Part shown: positions 1 through 12,699 of the stretch, in pieces
How the letters are laid out: each line of letters begins with the position of its first letter
Numbering within the stretch: position 1 is the first letter of the stretch
Assembly: GCF_001194135.2 (NCBI RefSeq)
Contig: NC_068999.1
Coordinates: 1,953,058-2,011,272, forward strand
DNA: 58,215 nt
Direction: 5' to 3'
From: Octopus bimaculoides
Taxonomy: Eukaryota
The notes under the pieces: generated by a model
Database searches by the model: none
What the model saw: the letters and a program-made list of their open reading frames with translations, nothing else
Told to the model about the DNA's origin: nothing
Position numbers and translations under genes: made by a program

Positions 1-44
1 AAACATAATTTTCTTATGGTTTCTTAAACATTCACTTGAACAAA

Positions 45-174
45 ACTGTACAAATCCAAATATATGGTACCCTAGGCATAACACCTACATGAACTTCTAA
101 CTTGTTGTCTCTTGAGGTCTCTGGGTGAGACTTGGATCCAACTTGTACAAATGCAAAACAAAAGTCAAACATAA

Positions 175-252
<78 letters not shown>

Positions 253-255
253 TAT
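45..255 (+). mobile_element. Probable 3' end of a non-LTR retroelement with a long (AAT)n tail
   Basis: Complex ~130 bp segment ending ...caaaagtcaaacataaa runs directly into ~27 AAT units (175-255). This is the layout of LINE 3' ends with trinucleotide tails. No protein motif was confirmed. Confidence 0.4.
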
Positions 256-262
256 AGGCACA

Positions 263-445
263 AGTCCTGAAATGTTGAGTGGAGGAACAAGTCGATTATG
301 TCGACCCCAGTGCGTAACTGGTTCTTAATTTATCGACCCCGAAATGACGAACGGCAAAGTCGACCTCTGCAGATTTTGAACTCAGAACGTAACGGCAGAC
401 GAAATACTGCTAAGCATCTCGCCCGGCGTGCAAACGATCCTGTAT
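263..445 (-). mobile_element. tRNA-derived SINE, family A
   Basis: Reverse-complement match to the copies at 17126-17342 and 27778-27985 (gtcgaccccagtgcgtaactgg...ggcaaagtcgacctc...ttgaactcagaacg...ctaagcatctcgcccggcgtg). Confidence 0.85.
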
Positions 446-944
446 ATATATAAATGCGTGTGTGTTCATATATTTGTGTTCATATATTTGTGTGCACGTG
501 TGTGTGTGTGTGTGTGTGCGTGTGTGTGTGTGTATAAATATGCATATGTGCACATATTATGCCAATCCGACCTGCACAGAGCCGTCCATTTCAGCGATCT
601 CTCTGCGCATGTGACAGTTTCCTAAACATACATTTTTACGATTTCCAATGGAAGACAATTTGCTGCAGATAATGATAGGAATTGGCTGTATAAGTGTCAG
701 GAATATGGTAAAAGCCGACCAGATACGCTGTACATTTATGGTTTATATATGCAGGAAGAACTCACAGAAACATCGTTCGAAGAATAAATGTTCTACTCTT
801 TTTTTATATATTTTGTTTTGTGTTTGTGTTTTTGTTGTTTTTTTTTATTCATTTGTATAGAATTGTTGCTATAAAGTGAATTTATATATGAGCCAATATG
901 AATATGCGTGTGTGAACTGTATTATTACAACTACAGAGATATGT

Positions 945-1355
945 GTACGAGGTTTTTTCTAGAAGTTTTGATACTTTTTCAGGAGAGACATTTATTTATT
1001 TCAAAGAAGTACGAAATTTTTATCTCCTCTGACTTCAGTGCACATGTTGTCACGTTCCATCCACTCTGTGAAGGCCCTATGGAAAACCTGCAAAACGAAG
1101 GTGTCCATCGCCCTCGACAAAGCCTCCTCCATCTTCTCCTTAAACTTGGTAAGCAACCAAAAACCACAGGGTGCAATGTCTGAACATGGAGAGGTTGAAG
1201 GGACGGATTTGATGCCCATCTCTGGAAAGTAGTTGGTTACCAGATTAGAATCACGGACTGGATCGTTTTCCTGAGAATGTACTCTGGAATTTTCTGGCGA
1301 AATCTCTTCCTGACTTCTCTCAAAACCTCTACAAAGTGCTCTTTTGTCGATCAGA
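945..1355 (-). mobile_element. Mariner transposon relic, 3' half with terminal inverted repeat
   Basis: Minus-strand translation (with frameshifts) gives EHFVEVLREVRKRFRQK...LVTNYFPEMGIKSVPSTSPCSDIAPCGFWLLTKFKE...FHRAFTEWMERDNMCTEVRGD. This matches the mariner motifs YSPDLAPCDFWLFPKLK and W.ER..KCI...GDY. A TA-CGAGG terminus lies at 946. Confidence 0.85.
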
Positions 1356-1364
1356 GTAGAAGTA

Positions 1365-1591
<227 letters not shown>

Positions 1592-1965
1592 CACGAAGTG
1601 CATTCTTGAAGTTTCGGTACTTTTTTAGGAGATGCAGTAGTAAGTGTCCTAGATTATTGTAAGTTTAGTCTATCATTACTATACACCTAAAAAGCTGACC
1701 TGCCACCTTTTGTTATTTCAGATTGAAGGAGATGGCTATAACAAAGCTCGCAGTGCAATAAATTCCCGTTAAACTGAGTAAAAACACACAAGAAATGCTA
1801 CAGATTGGCTTATGGATTAACTTGTATTTCGCTGAGCAACTGTTTTTCTCTGGCACAAGAGTCCAGACAAAGTGAGTCCACGGAGAAGATCATGATGATC
1901 TCCCTTTTAAAAAGCAAGGATATCGTCTACAACCACTGGGTTCCTTCTACTCAGACGGCGGCCAA
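1592..1965 (+). mobile_element. Mariner transposon relic, 5' half (TIR, N-terminal HTH remnant, internal deletion)
   Basis: The start (cgaagtgcattcttgaagtttcggtacttttttaggaga) aligns with the terminus at 948. Frameshifted R.AI.F.VKLSKNTQEMLQ.AYG resembles the mariner N-terminus (QR.AIKFCVKLGK...ET..ML..AYG). RQSESTEKIMMISLLKSKDIVYNHWVPSTQT resembles RQSKS..K.M.I.FFDSKGI.Y.HWVP.GQT. Confidence 0.75.
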
Positions 1966-1968
1966 GAA

Positions 1969-2003
<35 letters not shown>

Positions 2004-2376
2004 TAGACAAACGGACAGAGAGAGAGAGAGAGAGTCGCTAGACTTTAAGCGCTTCGAAAGTGTCGGCTCACTCTCTGGTTTTCGTGTCTGTGTCCTTCGT
2101 TTATTTGTTCTTTGGTTTAAATCGTTTCAATGTCCCCTTTTGATTTTTCCTACATAAGTAGTGTATATGTTTCCATGTGTGTGTGTGTGTATTGTTGCAT
2201 GTGTGTGTGTGTGTGTGATTGCAAGTGCGTATGTACGTATGGATGGATTCCACTCACTTAAAACTGTCATTGATGCAAGCTGAAGATTCTTCGCCAACAT
2301 AAACTGTTTATGATATTCGGTAAACACCAACCGCTTCAATGTGTTATGTAAATGTTATGTATAGGTGTGTCTATAC

Positions 2377-2408
<32 letters not shown>

Positions 2409-2913
2409 NNNNNNNNNNNNNNNNNNNNNNNNNNNNNNNNNNNNNNNNNNNNNNNNNNNNNNNNNNNNNNNNNNNNNNNNNNNNNNNNNNNNNNNNNNNN
2501 NNNNNNNNNNNNNNNNNNNNNNNNNNNNNNNNNNNNNNNNNNNNNNNNNNNNNNNNNNNNNNNNNNNNNNNNNNNNNNNNNNNNNNNNNNNNNNNNNNNN
2601 NNNNNNNNNNNNNNNNNNNNNNNNNNNNNNNNNNNNNNNNNNNNNNNNNNNNNNNNNNNNNNNNNNNNNNNNNNNNNNNNNNNNNNNNNNNNNNNNNNNN
2701 NNNNNNNNNNNNNNNNNNNNNNNNNNNNNNNNNNNNNNNNNNNNNNNNNNNNNNNNNNNNNNNNNNNNNNNNNNNNNNNNNNNNNNNNNNNNNNNNNNNN
2801 NNNNNNNNNNNNNNNNNNNNNNNNNNNNNNNNNNNNNNNNNNNNNNNNNNNNNNNNNNNNNNNNNNNNNNNNNNNNNNNNNNNNNNNNNNNNNNNNNNNN
2901 NNNNNNNNNNATA

Positions 2914-2946
<33 letters not shown>

Positions 2947-3021
2947 ATATATATTTATATATACATACATATACATATATATACATATAGATATGTATGT
3001 ATGTATGTATGTATGTATGTT

Positions 3022-3233
3022 TGCAAATCCAATGGGGGTCTTAAAAGACATGTTAGGATCCGCAATGAGCAGAACTTACTTGCAGGTATTGGTAGTGCAA
3101 ATCAGAGGTGCAATCTGTGTGGGTGTTTTTTCAAAACACTGTCTGGTTTAAAAAGCCACATCAGACGCCATGAAAGGGCTAAGGTGTAGGTGCAGAAGGT
3201 GGTCAAACTCTGTTTAAGGAGTAGACAACCACC
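3022..3233 (+). mobile_element. LINE (RTE-like) 3' end encoding C2H2 zinc finger(s), short 3' UTR and ATGT tail
   Basis: CKSNGGLKRHVRIR...CNLCGCFFKTLSGLKSHIRRH: the second finger fits C-X2-C-X3-F-X5-L-X2-H-X3-H exactly. Stop at 3189, then ~45 nt and (ATGT)n. RTE-clade ORFs commonly end in such fingers. Confidence 0.6.
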
Positions 3234-3312
3234 ATGTATGCATTTATATATGCATGTATGTATATATGCATGCATGCATGCATGTATGTATGTATATATA
3301 TGTATGTATGTC

Positions 3313-3344
<32 letters not shown>

Positions 3345-3690
3345 CTCAGATGGTCCATGAATAAAGTTTGTTTAAGGATATTGAACGAAACACCCATGTT
3401 TCCAGAGGTAAATTATCCAAACCCCAAAGAATTCCTCTCAACACGTGGCTATGATGCTCTCCCACTACTTCTGCTCGTGATCAGAGATGCACATATCATC
3501 AGCCACCAAGGGACGTGCTCAACTGGTTAAGGTCAAGCAACTGACAAGCAAATCTGTGGTATTGAGCAGAATATTTGCTGTAGACCATCTTTTTATACCA
3601 AGACAAAACAATGTACAAGACAACACTTCCAATCAGTTAAGACCAGAAGGCATGAGAGCCACTGCCTGGGACTGCATCCGGGCATTACTA
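3345..3690. repeat. Interspersed repeat of unknown class
   Basis: Complex non-coding segment (ggctatgatgctctcccactacttctgctcgtgatcagagatgcacatatc...gagcagaatatttgctgtag) recalled as a common Octopus dispersed repeat. It is single-copy in this window and was not verified. Confidence 0.35.
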
Positions 3691-3726
3691 CCTGATCATT
3701 ATTATTAGTATTAGTAGTATTATTAT

Positions 3727-3852
3727 TCGACTTTGCCTTTCATATTTTCGGGGTCGATAAATTAAGTACCAGTAGCGTACTGGGTCGATCTAATCGACTG
3801 GCCCCTTCCCCTAAAATTTTGGGCTTCGTGCCTGCCTAGAGTAGAAAGGATC
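3727..3852 (+). mobile_element. SINE family A, 3' half
   Basis: cgactttgcctttcat...ggggtcgataaattaagtaccag...tagagtagaaaggat matches the 3' half of the 17126 copy. Confidence 0.8.
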
Positions 3853-3861
3853 ATTATTATT

Positions 3862-3864
3862 ACA

Positions 3865-3915
<51 letters not shown>

Positions 3916-3978
3916 GTTATTGTTAGATTGTTATTGATGTTGCTATTGTTATTAATTCTTCTTCAAATCATCATCGCC

Positions 3979-4035
<57 letters not shown>

Positions 4036-4056
4036 CATCATCATCATCGTCGTCAT

Positions 4057-4111
<55 letters not shown>

Positions 4112-4119
4112 CGTAGTAG
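3862..4119. repeat. Compound trinucleotide microsatellites (TAC, TTA, ATC, GTA)
   Basis: Directly visible. Confidence 0.9.
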
Positions 4120-4642
4120 TAAAGTGAACTGACAGCTTAATCTTATTTGGGCTTTTAAAGACTGAAGGTTTTTGGATGTGAAAAATTATAATTGTGACAA
4201 CACGAGAGGAATACGCCATGTTTGTTGTTTTTTGAAAGAATATGACAGAAATGTCGGAAATTTTATAAAATATTAAAAACTGAGAAGAAAATGGTGAAAA
4301 ATATGGAGAATTCTTAAGATTATTTAATTTATAAAAGAAGGAAAACATGAAATGGAAATGAAGAAAAGTTCAAAGTGCTTTATGAAAATTTATATTGAAA
4401 ACTATTGCGTCATACAAGAAAATGGTAAAACGTGAGATTGCGCCAACAGTAACATTTAATGTTACTGTACAGAATATATGTGAGGGTGGCATGGTGTTTT
4501 CATGGAATGATATTTTGCATAATTACTTCTGTTGTAATGCTTGACAATATGGGCGAGGACGAAAATCATTATGAGTAATGTTTTTTTTTTCTCTTAATAG
4601 AATCGCTACGGTTACTGGGTATTGATAGATAGATAGATAGAT

Positions 4643-4684
<42 letters not shown>

Positions 4685-4712
4685 CAATATCACATTAGTA
4701 CTTAGATCAGTA

Positions 4713-4749
4713 TCAACATCATCACCATCATCATCACCATCATCATCAC

Positions 4750-4786
<37 letters not shown>

Positions 4787-4878
4787 GTCATCATCACCAT
4801 CATCATCATCACCATCATCATCACCATCATCATCATCATCATCATCATCATTATCATCATCATCACCATCATCATCAC

Positions 4879-4927
<49 letters not shown>

Positions 4928-4944
4928 GTCATCATCATCGTCAT
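4713..4944. repeat. (ATC/ACC)n microsatellite
   Basis: Directly visible. It generates the spurious poly-Met ORF. Confidence 0.95.
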
Positions 4945-5129
4945 CTTAATCCTTATTGTTATTGCAAGATATTACACGAAACAAGCCTGAAAGTTAGAAA
5001 TAGCATGTAGATTGGAAATTAAACGAATTATATAAGGTAGATTTAATGCGAATGTGCGTGTGTGTATATGCGCGAATCTGTGTGCGTGCATGCGTGTATG
5101 TATATGTGCTTTGGTGTGTGTGTGTGTCT

Positions 5130-5180
<51 letters not shown>

Positions 5181-5240
5181 CGTGTGTATGTGTGTACATA
5201 TATAATTCTGAGTGTATGCTTTTAGAAAATTGCTTATTAA

Positions 5241-5274
<34 letters not shown>

Positions 5275-5659
5275 GCTGTTGTTGTTGCTGCTGCTGCTGC
5301 TGCTGCTGTTGTTGNNNNNNNNNNNNNNNNNNNNNNNNNNNNNNNNNNNNNNNNNNNNNNNNNNNNNNNNNNNNNNNNNNNNNNNNNNNNNNNNNNNNNN
5401 NNNNNNNNNNNNNNNNNNNNNNNNNNNNNNNNNNNNNNNNNNNNNNNNNNNNNNNNNNNNNNNNNNNNNNNNNNNNNNNNNNNNNNNNNNNNNNNNNNNN
5501 NNNNNNNNNNNNNNNNNNNNNNNNNNNNNNNNNNNNNNNNNNNNNNNNNNNNTAGTTAATCCCAAAAGAAACGAAGAAAAAACACAAAAGAAAAACAAAA
5601 TGCGAGTACGTGGTACATGCAAAGTGATGAATACTGGAGAGGTTTTCCCGTTGCCTTCT

Positions 5660-5830
5660 CCAGGCAGGTCGGATTTGAACTCAAAATGTAGAGAGCCGGA
5701 AGTTATACCGCAGTGCATTTCTACCGATGCGTCAACGACTCTCCCACCCGCAGACCAACATGAAATGAAGTGTTTTGCTCAAGAATTCAACGCGATCGAG
5801 AGTGTAGCGCCCTAAACCCCAAGGCCCCTC
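5660..5830 (-). mobile_element. Degenerate SINE family D fragment
   Basis: gaaatgaagtgttttgctcaagaattcaacgc matches the conserved segment of the copies at 36770 and 45175. Confidence 0.55.
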
Positions 5831-6488
5831 GCCTTGGCGATTAAAGTAGAATCTCACACATTTCAGAAGCTCAGTAACAATTTGCAGACCCATCCGAGAA
5901 GAAGGAAAGGCAAAGTTATTGGAATTTCCTCAACACGGGATTTAACGTAACGGAACGAAATACTTTCAATTATTTTGTCCGCCATATCGATATCGATTCG
6001 ATAATTCAATATTTATTGATTTTAAATAATCATTTTTAACTTTGAAAAAAATGAAATTAAGTATAATAAACCTCTGTGAACAATTTTCAAACATTTCTTC
6101 AGTCTTTTTATTGATCTAAGTAGGTATCGATACATTATTGATAAATTACTGGTAAACATCATTATCTCTATATTGGACATCATGGTTTTTTTTTCTTCAT
6201 TTTCTGCCTAATTAAAAGTTTTGACGAACAAATAATTAACACATAATGTTAGCACTTTGCAGAGCTTCCTCAAACAAATCTATGATCTCTTGGTTAATTA
6301 AATTACAATGACTTCAGCATATAACTGGTATTCATTTCTCAATTTTTAAATAATGCAAGATATTTCGTCCCGATTTTTATCGATTCCTACATCGAGTTCT
6401 TTTTAACTCCTATGAGCTGTATTTAACAGCATATAAGACGAACCACGAGCCATGTGGTTGAGAAGCAAATTTCTTATCACATCCATTC

Positions 6489-6564
<76 letters not shown>

Positions 6565-7366
6565 CAGTAATCTTCTCTGCTAAACCTAAGATACTTTTGT
6601 AAGGGTTTCTAGTATGCTGCCTGGTTGCTTTGAATATGAGATGCTTTAATGTGCTAAAAACATTCCTGAATATTGTTTCCTAAAATGAGGTGTATCAAAT
6701 ATAACCTATGCGTTTTTTTTTTATGCCATGCCATAAATACGGTAATGATTTTTAATTTAACTGAAACACCATCAGTTGATCGAACAAGATTGTTATCAAT
6801 CACAATGACCAAGTATATTATCATTGTTACTTATTTTAATGAAACCACACAAAAACAAAAGATGCACCGTGAATGGCACTGTAGACTTCACTGAGATTCG
6901 ATCTTAAAACATCTTAGTATGAATCTGAATAATACTGCCAGTTATTTAGTTCAGCAGTTTCCGTTCTCAACCAAATCATCGCTCCGGTTAATTTCAAACG
7001 AGATTTTTTTAATGAAAAATATCGAGAAAATTAGAAAAGAAATTAAATGCGTGTGGATGAGAAGAGGTTAGAGAAGTCGTGGTGTGAGTCTTCACCATTA
7101 AACATACCAACACTATTACTAAGGTGTGTTACTTTACTTTTAACTAACACTAATGCGGCAGCCATTTGCTTTTTTGTTTTTAGATTCTTCACAGCCAACT
7201 GTTCTGTAAATTGTATTAACATTAGTAAATTCTATGGTTAACAGTAAATATAAATAGCAACTGTAAATAAAGAAGAAAGACTTGTGGAGAAAAAAAAAAC
7301 ATTCACAAAAAAACCGTGAGATTTTGTGTGGAGGAAGGGAAAATGGTGATTTTTCAAATTGCTAAC

Positions 7367-7390
7367 ATGGCGGACTTGTTCTCAGGAGTG
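7367..7390 (+). CDS. Candidate first coding exon (MADLFSGV), product unknown
   Basis: aacATGGCG Kozak/YY1-like context followed by a GTG|GTGAGG donor in phase 0. A YY1-like gcagccattt lies ~200 bp upstream. No downstream exon could be linked. Confidence 0.3.
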
Positions 7391-7596
7391 GTGAGGTTTG
7401 TTTGTTTGTTTGTCGCTTTGATCTTTCCCTCCTTTTACATTGAGTAAAATAATCATATAATTTGAATGCTCAAACTAACAAATAGATCGAACAACATGTA
7501 CACACGTTTATTGTTTTAATTTTCTCCTTTTTTCCTTCTTTTTTTTTTTTTTTTTTTTTTNNNNNNNNNNNNNNNNNNNNNNNNNNNNNNNNNNNN

Positions 7597-7655
<59 letters not shown>

Positions 7656-8834
7656 CATATATATATATATGTAGATATATATATATTTATTTATATATAT
7701 TTATATACACACACATCAGTATGTAAGCATCTATCAATGAAACGCAAAAGCATACACACACACATAAATATATATATACATACATATATACAAACAAACA
7801 TATATATACATGTATATACATGTGTGTGTGTGTGTGTGTGTGTTACCATATATCTATTCATGTGTAGCGATAGGCATGCATGTATGGCAGAAAAAGTCTG
7901 GCTTTTTTTTACGCATGCGTGTATGCACGTTTATTTCACAAACTTTTTCTCCGATTCGCTAATGTCTGTTTACATAAATCTAAATAATCGTTTTCGAGGG
8001 CACATGATTGTGTTTGTATATATTTAGACAATTATCAAGACTTTCACAAATATCAATATATGCAGATTTATATATAAATATATATATANNNNNNNNNNNN
8101 NNNNNNNNNNNNNNNNNNNNNNNNNNNNNNNNNNNNNNNNNNNNNNNNNNNNNNNNNNNNNNNNNNNNNNNNNNNNNNNNNNNNNNNNNNNNNNNNNNNN
8201 NNNNNNNNNNNNNNNNNNNNNNNNNNNNNNNNNNNNNNNNNNNNNNNNNNNNNNNNNNNNNNNNNNNNNNNNNNNNNNNNNNNNNNNNNNNNNNNNNNNN
8301 NNNNNNNNNNNNNNNNNNNNNNNNNNNNNNNNNNNNNNNNNNNNNNNNNNNNNNNNNNNNNNNNNNNNNNNNNNNNNNNNNNNNNNNNNNNNNNNNNNNN
8401 NNNNNNNNNNNNNNNNNNNNNNNNNNNNNNNNNNNNNNNNNNNNNNNNNNNNNNNNNNNNNNNNNNNNNNNNNNNNNNNNNNNNNNNNNNNNNNNNNNNN
8501 NNNNNNNNNNNNNNNNNNNNNNNNNNNNNNNNNNNNNNNNNNNNNNNNNNNNNNNNNNNNNNNNNNNNNNNNNNNNNNNNNNNNNNNNATATATATAATA
8601 TATATATCCCCAAAAATATGTCCCAGAGATGAGAGCCGATACACACAAAAGCATCATTCTACGAGACAAGTGTTCCATAATATTTTTTATTATAAATGAT
8701 TTTGACATTCTTTTTACTTTGTATAAATTATTCTTTACATTCTACTGTTGTTTTATTGCCATTTATTTACGAGTATTATAAATTTTATAGATAAAATATT
8801 TTTCTGGGAACGAATTACGATTTATAATATTGCT

Positions 8835-8924
8835 GTTATGGGAAATTATTGCTCTGCTTTGCGAGTTTTGCTTTACGAGCGGTCTCCTGGAACAAATTAA
8901 CTCGTATGTCGAGGCATTACTGTA
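8835..8924 (-). mobile_element. Tigger/pogo-like MITE terminus
   Basis: The minus strand reads TA-CAGTAATGCCTCGACATACGAGTTAATTTGTTCCAGGAGACCGCTCGTAAAGCAAAACTCGC. This is the CAGTA..CCTCG...TACGAG end typical of pogo/Tigger-type elements, with a TA target. Confidence 0.6.
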
Positions 8925-9282
8925 TATACCTCAAACTCTTGGGTCTCTGTGGCAAATATAAATAACATCATCATCATCATCATCATTATTATTACTGTTG
9001 TTGTTGTTGTTGTTGTTGTTGTTGTAAGTACAAATGTCTGCGAAAACAAGAAAGAGTTCACCGAGAACAATGACGACAGACACCGCAAAACAATCGAAGC
9101 TGTGGTGAGAGTTTTGGAGTAGACAAACGCTACATTTTCACAAATACATCTCAGCTCTCAGACTTTGGCTGAAGACGATTCCAGAAGTCTTTGAAATAAT
9201 CGAAACTTTTCTACTTGACGGTCTTTTATTTCATATCTATTATATTAACATATCCATTGATGACTTTATATACATACATAAA

Positions 9283-9320
<38 letters not shown>

Positions 9321-9457
9321 CATACATACACGTATACATACGTGTGTGTATGTGCGCGAGTGTTTATATGCGTATACTTATTTTTATTTCGCTCTTTGGT
9401 GTGACAGAGTAACTTTAGTGTTTTTATTTTCTTGTATTGTTTTTCTTGTGCTCTCTC

Positions 9458-9501
<44 letters not shown>

Positions 9502-9562
9502 GTATCTTTCTGGCAAACAAACAGAAGACTTTCTTGGAAAATGCTTCTTACTGCTGTTGTTC

Positions 9563-9603
<41 letters not shown>

Positions 9604-9867
9604 TATATATATATACACACACACATATATATGTATGTATATATGTATATATACACATATGTATATACATACATATACACATATATGTACATTTATGCAT
9701 ATATATGTACACACACACACAGATATATTTCTGTGATATTAAGAAAAACAACATTAATCAAAATAGCAATACATCCTTCATAATTTGTGAGTTTCTAATA
9801 CAGGTGTGTATCAAATAAACTTCACTTTACTCGGACAAATATTTTCTTTTACTTTTCTTTCCACACA

Positions 9868-9980
9868 AGGCCTGAAACATAAGTCGATTACATCGATCTC
9901 GATAAGTCGATTACACTTATCTCGGAGCTCGAATGGTACTTATTTTATCGATCGCGAAAGGATGGAAAGCAAAAACCGAC
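9868..9980 (-). mobile_element. SINE family A fragment with internal duplication, truncated at a fold-back
   Basis: aagtcgattacatcgat... occurs twice, then ggtacttattttatcgatcgcgaaaggatggaaagc, matching family A in reverse orientation. Confidence 0.65.
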
Positions 9981-10069
9981 GTAAAATAAATCTTATATAT
10001 ATATATATTCATATACATATATATATATATATATACAATATTTATTTTACGTCGGTTTTTGCTTTCCAT
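9962..10069. repeat. Perfect 30-bp inverted repeat around a 48-nt TA-rich spacer
   Basis: 9962-9991 atggaaagcaaaaaccgacgtaaaataaat is the exact reverse complement of 10040-10069. Confidence 0.95.
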
Positions 10070-10314
10070 ATATATATATATAATCATACGTGACGTGTTT
10101 GTCGAGATGGTTAAGAGTGAAACATATGGCCAACTGTAACAAATAATTCAAATTTAATGAAATGCATGAATATTATTCTCCATCTCTAACTCCGTCTTAA
10201 TTTCTTTAGTCGAGAGTGACTTCTAGTTCGTAACAACCAATATAGATGTGTGTGAGCGTGTACTCTGCTCTTTTTCTTCTCTCTCTATTTCTCCTTCTCT
10301 AACACTCTCCCCTC

Positions 10315-10376
<62 letters not shown>

Positions 10377-10479
10377 GCTGTCACCTGCATCGCCAAAAGT
10401 ACATCATATATCACCTGCTACTTTAACATCTATTACCAATGCGTAAAATATCTCCCCCCCCCCAGCAGTACTTCTGCTA

Positions 10480-11170
10480 CCTGCACCACCACCACCACCA
10501 CCGCCGCCAACATCTCTCTATCGCTATTATTATCACCAACACCTCTACCACAGCCAATAACACCAGTATAAACATCACCACTTCCCCAACTCCGATTATT
10601 TTTACTTCCTCAATTACCTACCATTTTTTGCACCGCCTTCACTACTGACAGCATCATTATAACATTGACCACCATCACAACCACTACCACAACATCCACC
10701 AATACCACGCTACTACCACCACCACAATCACCACAACTTCCTCTACAACCACGACCACAATAAAGTAAAACCACCGTCACCTTTAACCCATCACCTCTGT
10801 AAACTCCACTATCACTTTCACTTTCACTTCACCGCAACACTACCACAACCAAAACAACCACTACCGCAACACCACCGCATCATGCCCACGACCACGTCCA
10901 TCATCGAGAAAAGTACAACCGCCTCAAACACTGCCACATACATTACGACACCTCCACCACCACCACCACCACCACTGTCAAGAACACTACAAACATCCAT
11001 TGCCACCACCACAACCACCGCCTCAAATACTACCACCAAAGCCACCACCATCATTGAGAACACTACAACCATTCAGCCTCCTAAAAAAAAACCAGCCTCC
11101 ACGACCACCACCACAGCTTCGACCAACACTATTACAATCACAGCCGCCATTAACATCGTCATCACGAACA
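10480..11170. repeat. Degenerate ACC/ACT/ACA-rich low-complexity tract
   Basis: Decayed trinucleotide repeat with strong C/A strand bias. Confidence 0.8.
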
Positions 11171-11644
11171 ACTTTTCTAGCATTTTCCTCAATTATATTA
11201 CCCACAAATCAAAAAGTTATCATTCATTCATTATTGCTGTTGTTGTTGTTGTTATCATAATCATCGTTTTTCTTATCTGTTTCATATGGTATTTGGTTAT
11301 CTTAGGGGGAGTAACCCATGTTTTGACGAATGGCAATTTGAAAAAGCTGTCTAATGGAATGAGACCTTCAGTCAGCAGGTTAGAGATATGCTGGTACTGG
11401 GCTGGAAGTGAATCAACTGGAAAGTAAGGAAGGGGAGAAGAGGAGGAAGTGAGAGGCAAAGTGAAAAAGAAAAAAGAGGAAAGACAAGGAGCGAGTGAGG
11501 AAGGCGATGTTTCTCTGTAATATTATTAATATTCATGAAAGCAATCAATATTCTCACACAGAATCACTTTTCAGTGGAACTGACACAATACGTCTCGCTT
11601 AATCTCGACGAATTTAGCCAAACACAGGTATCGTGTTTTGTGCC

Positions 11645-11690
<46 letters not shown>

Positions 11691-11820
11691 NNNNNNNNNN
11701 ATGTATGTATATAAGAGCGCATAAATATATATACATGCGCACATATATTCATAGGTATGTATGTATATATAGAAATGTATGTAACTATAAGATACATACA
11801 CACATACACAGACATAAACA

Positions 11821-11857
<37 letters not shown>

Positions 11858-12086
11858 CACACACATATATATACATATATATTTATACATATACACATAT
11901 ATATTTACACACGCACGTGCGCGCATATATATATATTTATACATACACACACACATATACACATATGTATATATACACACGCACGTGTGCGCATATATAC
12001 ATACACACACACACGCAAATATATATATATATTTATACATACACACACACATATACATCTATGTATATGTACACCCACACGTATGC

Positions 12087-12120
<34 letters not shown>

Positions 12121-12699
12121 CTTCCTCGTATCTGTGACTGAGGTATAATTGAACTGCTGTTAACACCGACAGAAAACCTCCTTCAACCTTTTAGCATCCA
12201 TAACACTAATGGTCTTAAAATATGTTGATATATTCAACATAAAAATAATATATAACATGAAACGCTAAAAAGTAAAAGAAAATCTCCAGCTCCCTCTGTG
12301 ATTTGGTTAGAGGCTTTTATTTCTTGCAGCATTTAGCATTTAGCATTCGGAATAATATTGGTCTTACATATGTTCAATGCTTTCTATACAATTCACTGGT
12401 GTGTCTTGTCTCAGGTTTAGAGCTCCAACATTCAAATATAACACTGCTATTAGATATGATAATGTGTTCCTATCAGGTAGAGTAGTGTGTCTTGTCTAAG
12501 GCTTAACGCTTTTAGAATTCGTTGTATTAATATTGGTTAGATATGTTAATGTCTCGGGAAAGTTTTTTGTCATTTTTTTGTATTGGTTTTTATTGTTCTT
12601 GTTGTTGTTTGTTTCTCTTTATCGTCCGATGAACTCTTAATCAGCCGCTGACCCATGCAATTAAAGGTGGTCCTGCTCTATAATATTATCTGACTTTTA

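Noticed and set aside
1723-1778. Plus-strand pseudo-exon (ttatttcag|IEGDGYNKARSAINSR*)
   Set aside because: All frames stop, and the sequence is explained as the 5' part of the mariner relic.
4446-4468. 11-bp-arm palindrome acagtaacatt-t-aatgttactgt
   Set aside because: It is short and AT-rich, and expected by chance in 58 kb.
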